57,318 nucleotides of DNA from the IMG/VR virus record IMGVR_UViG_3300020182_000041, positions 1-57,318 of that record. One strand, given 5' to 3'. A program made the position numbers and the translations under genes. The DNA comes from a virus. Taxonomy: Duplodnaviria; Caudoviricetes. This document shows positions 56,985 to 57,318 of this stretch, one piece after another (the first letter of the stretch is position 1; every line of letters starts with the position of its first letter). Under the pieces are notes generated by a model. It had not been told where the DNA came from. It saw nothing but the letters and a program-made list of their open reading frames with translations, and ran no database searches.

Positions 56985-57262
56985 TACATATCATATTTGT
57001 TTTTAAATTCTTCAATTTTTTGCTTAAGTTTAGCACATTCTTTAAAATCTTCCTGTGCTAAAGCTACTTCAAGCCTATGTTCTAGTTTTTCTAGCTGATC
57101 TTTTAGTACATCATCTTTTGTAATGACGCCGAAAGATACATCTTCCTGGCCATCTAACATATTTTCTACGTCTTTTTTAAATGCGTCGTCTATAACTTTT
57201 TGTTTTTCTAGTAAAAGATTTACTATAGCTTCAGCAAGTTGATCTATTTCTTTTTTAGTCAT
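56984..57262 (-). CDS. Protein with C-terminal UVR (UvrB/UvrC) coiled-coil motif
   Basis: LEKLEHRLEVALAQEDFKECAKLKQKIEEF. Confidence 0.7.
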   Translation of the reverse strand: MTKKEIDQLAEAIVNLLLEKQKVIDDAFKKDVENMLDGQEDVSFGVITKDDVLKDQLEKLEHRLEVALAQEDFKECAKLKQKIEEFKNKYDM

Positions 57263-57318
57263 TAAGGTCTTGTTATTAATTGTTCGTTACTATTTTTTAC
57301 AGTGTGTTTTTCGTTTTC
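57262..57318 (-). CDS. 3' end of a partial gene
   Basis: Open frame from the window edge (ENEKHTVKNSNEQLITRP), TAATG-coupled to the next gene. Confidence 0.5.
   Translation of the reverse strand, partial: ENEKHTVKNSNEQLITRP

Noticed and set aside
1-57318. Stop-codon reassignment as in some crAss-like phages
   Set aside because: Long genes are intact in the standard code, and TAG/TGA terminate genes at sensible coupled boundaries
1-57318. tRNA genes, introns or inteins
   Set aside because: Intergenic gaps are short with no cloverleaf seen; terL, nrdA, nrdB and primase are uninterrupted and of normal length
46007-57318. Absence of a DNA polymerase as a biological feature
   Set aside because: The window truncates the replication arm, so absence cannot be concluded

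Overview
An AT-rich fragment of a tailed dsDNA phage genome, most likely a podovirus-like phage of Flavobacteria/Bacteroidota. The host is inferred from A-rich leaders lacking Shine-Dalgarno motifs and a flavobacterial-type RNR. Two gene arms converge at ~45.9 kb. The + strand arm (1-45914) is late/structural: modular tail fibres, three LamG lectin paralogues, GroEL/GroES plus a tandem-GroES protein, a cluster of basic proteins, holin, terminase, portal, scaffold, major capsid, tail proteins, three putative ejection proteins and an amidase. The - strand arm (46007-57318) covers replication and nucleotide metabolism: RNR alpha/beta, endonuclease, MazG fusion, a ThyA homologue, primase-helicase, SSB, RecE-like exonuclease, ERF and a sigma-70 factor. 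Main observations: (1) the ThyA homologue has Asp at the Asn177 specificity position, predicting a dCMP-modifying enzyme beside nucleotide pyrophosphatases; (2) several basic proteins share a PIT(S/A)(K/R)..SPAK leader, next to an HExxH peptidase; (3) a GC-rich DNA motif is conserved at tail-fibre module junctions; (4) the giant ejection protein carries zincin and PD-(D/E)xK modules delimited by QFS motifs. All calls come from reading motifs by eye; no database search was run.
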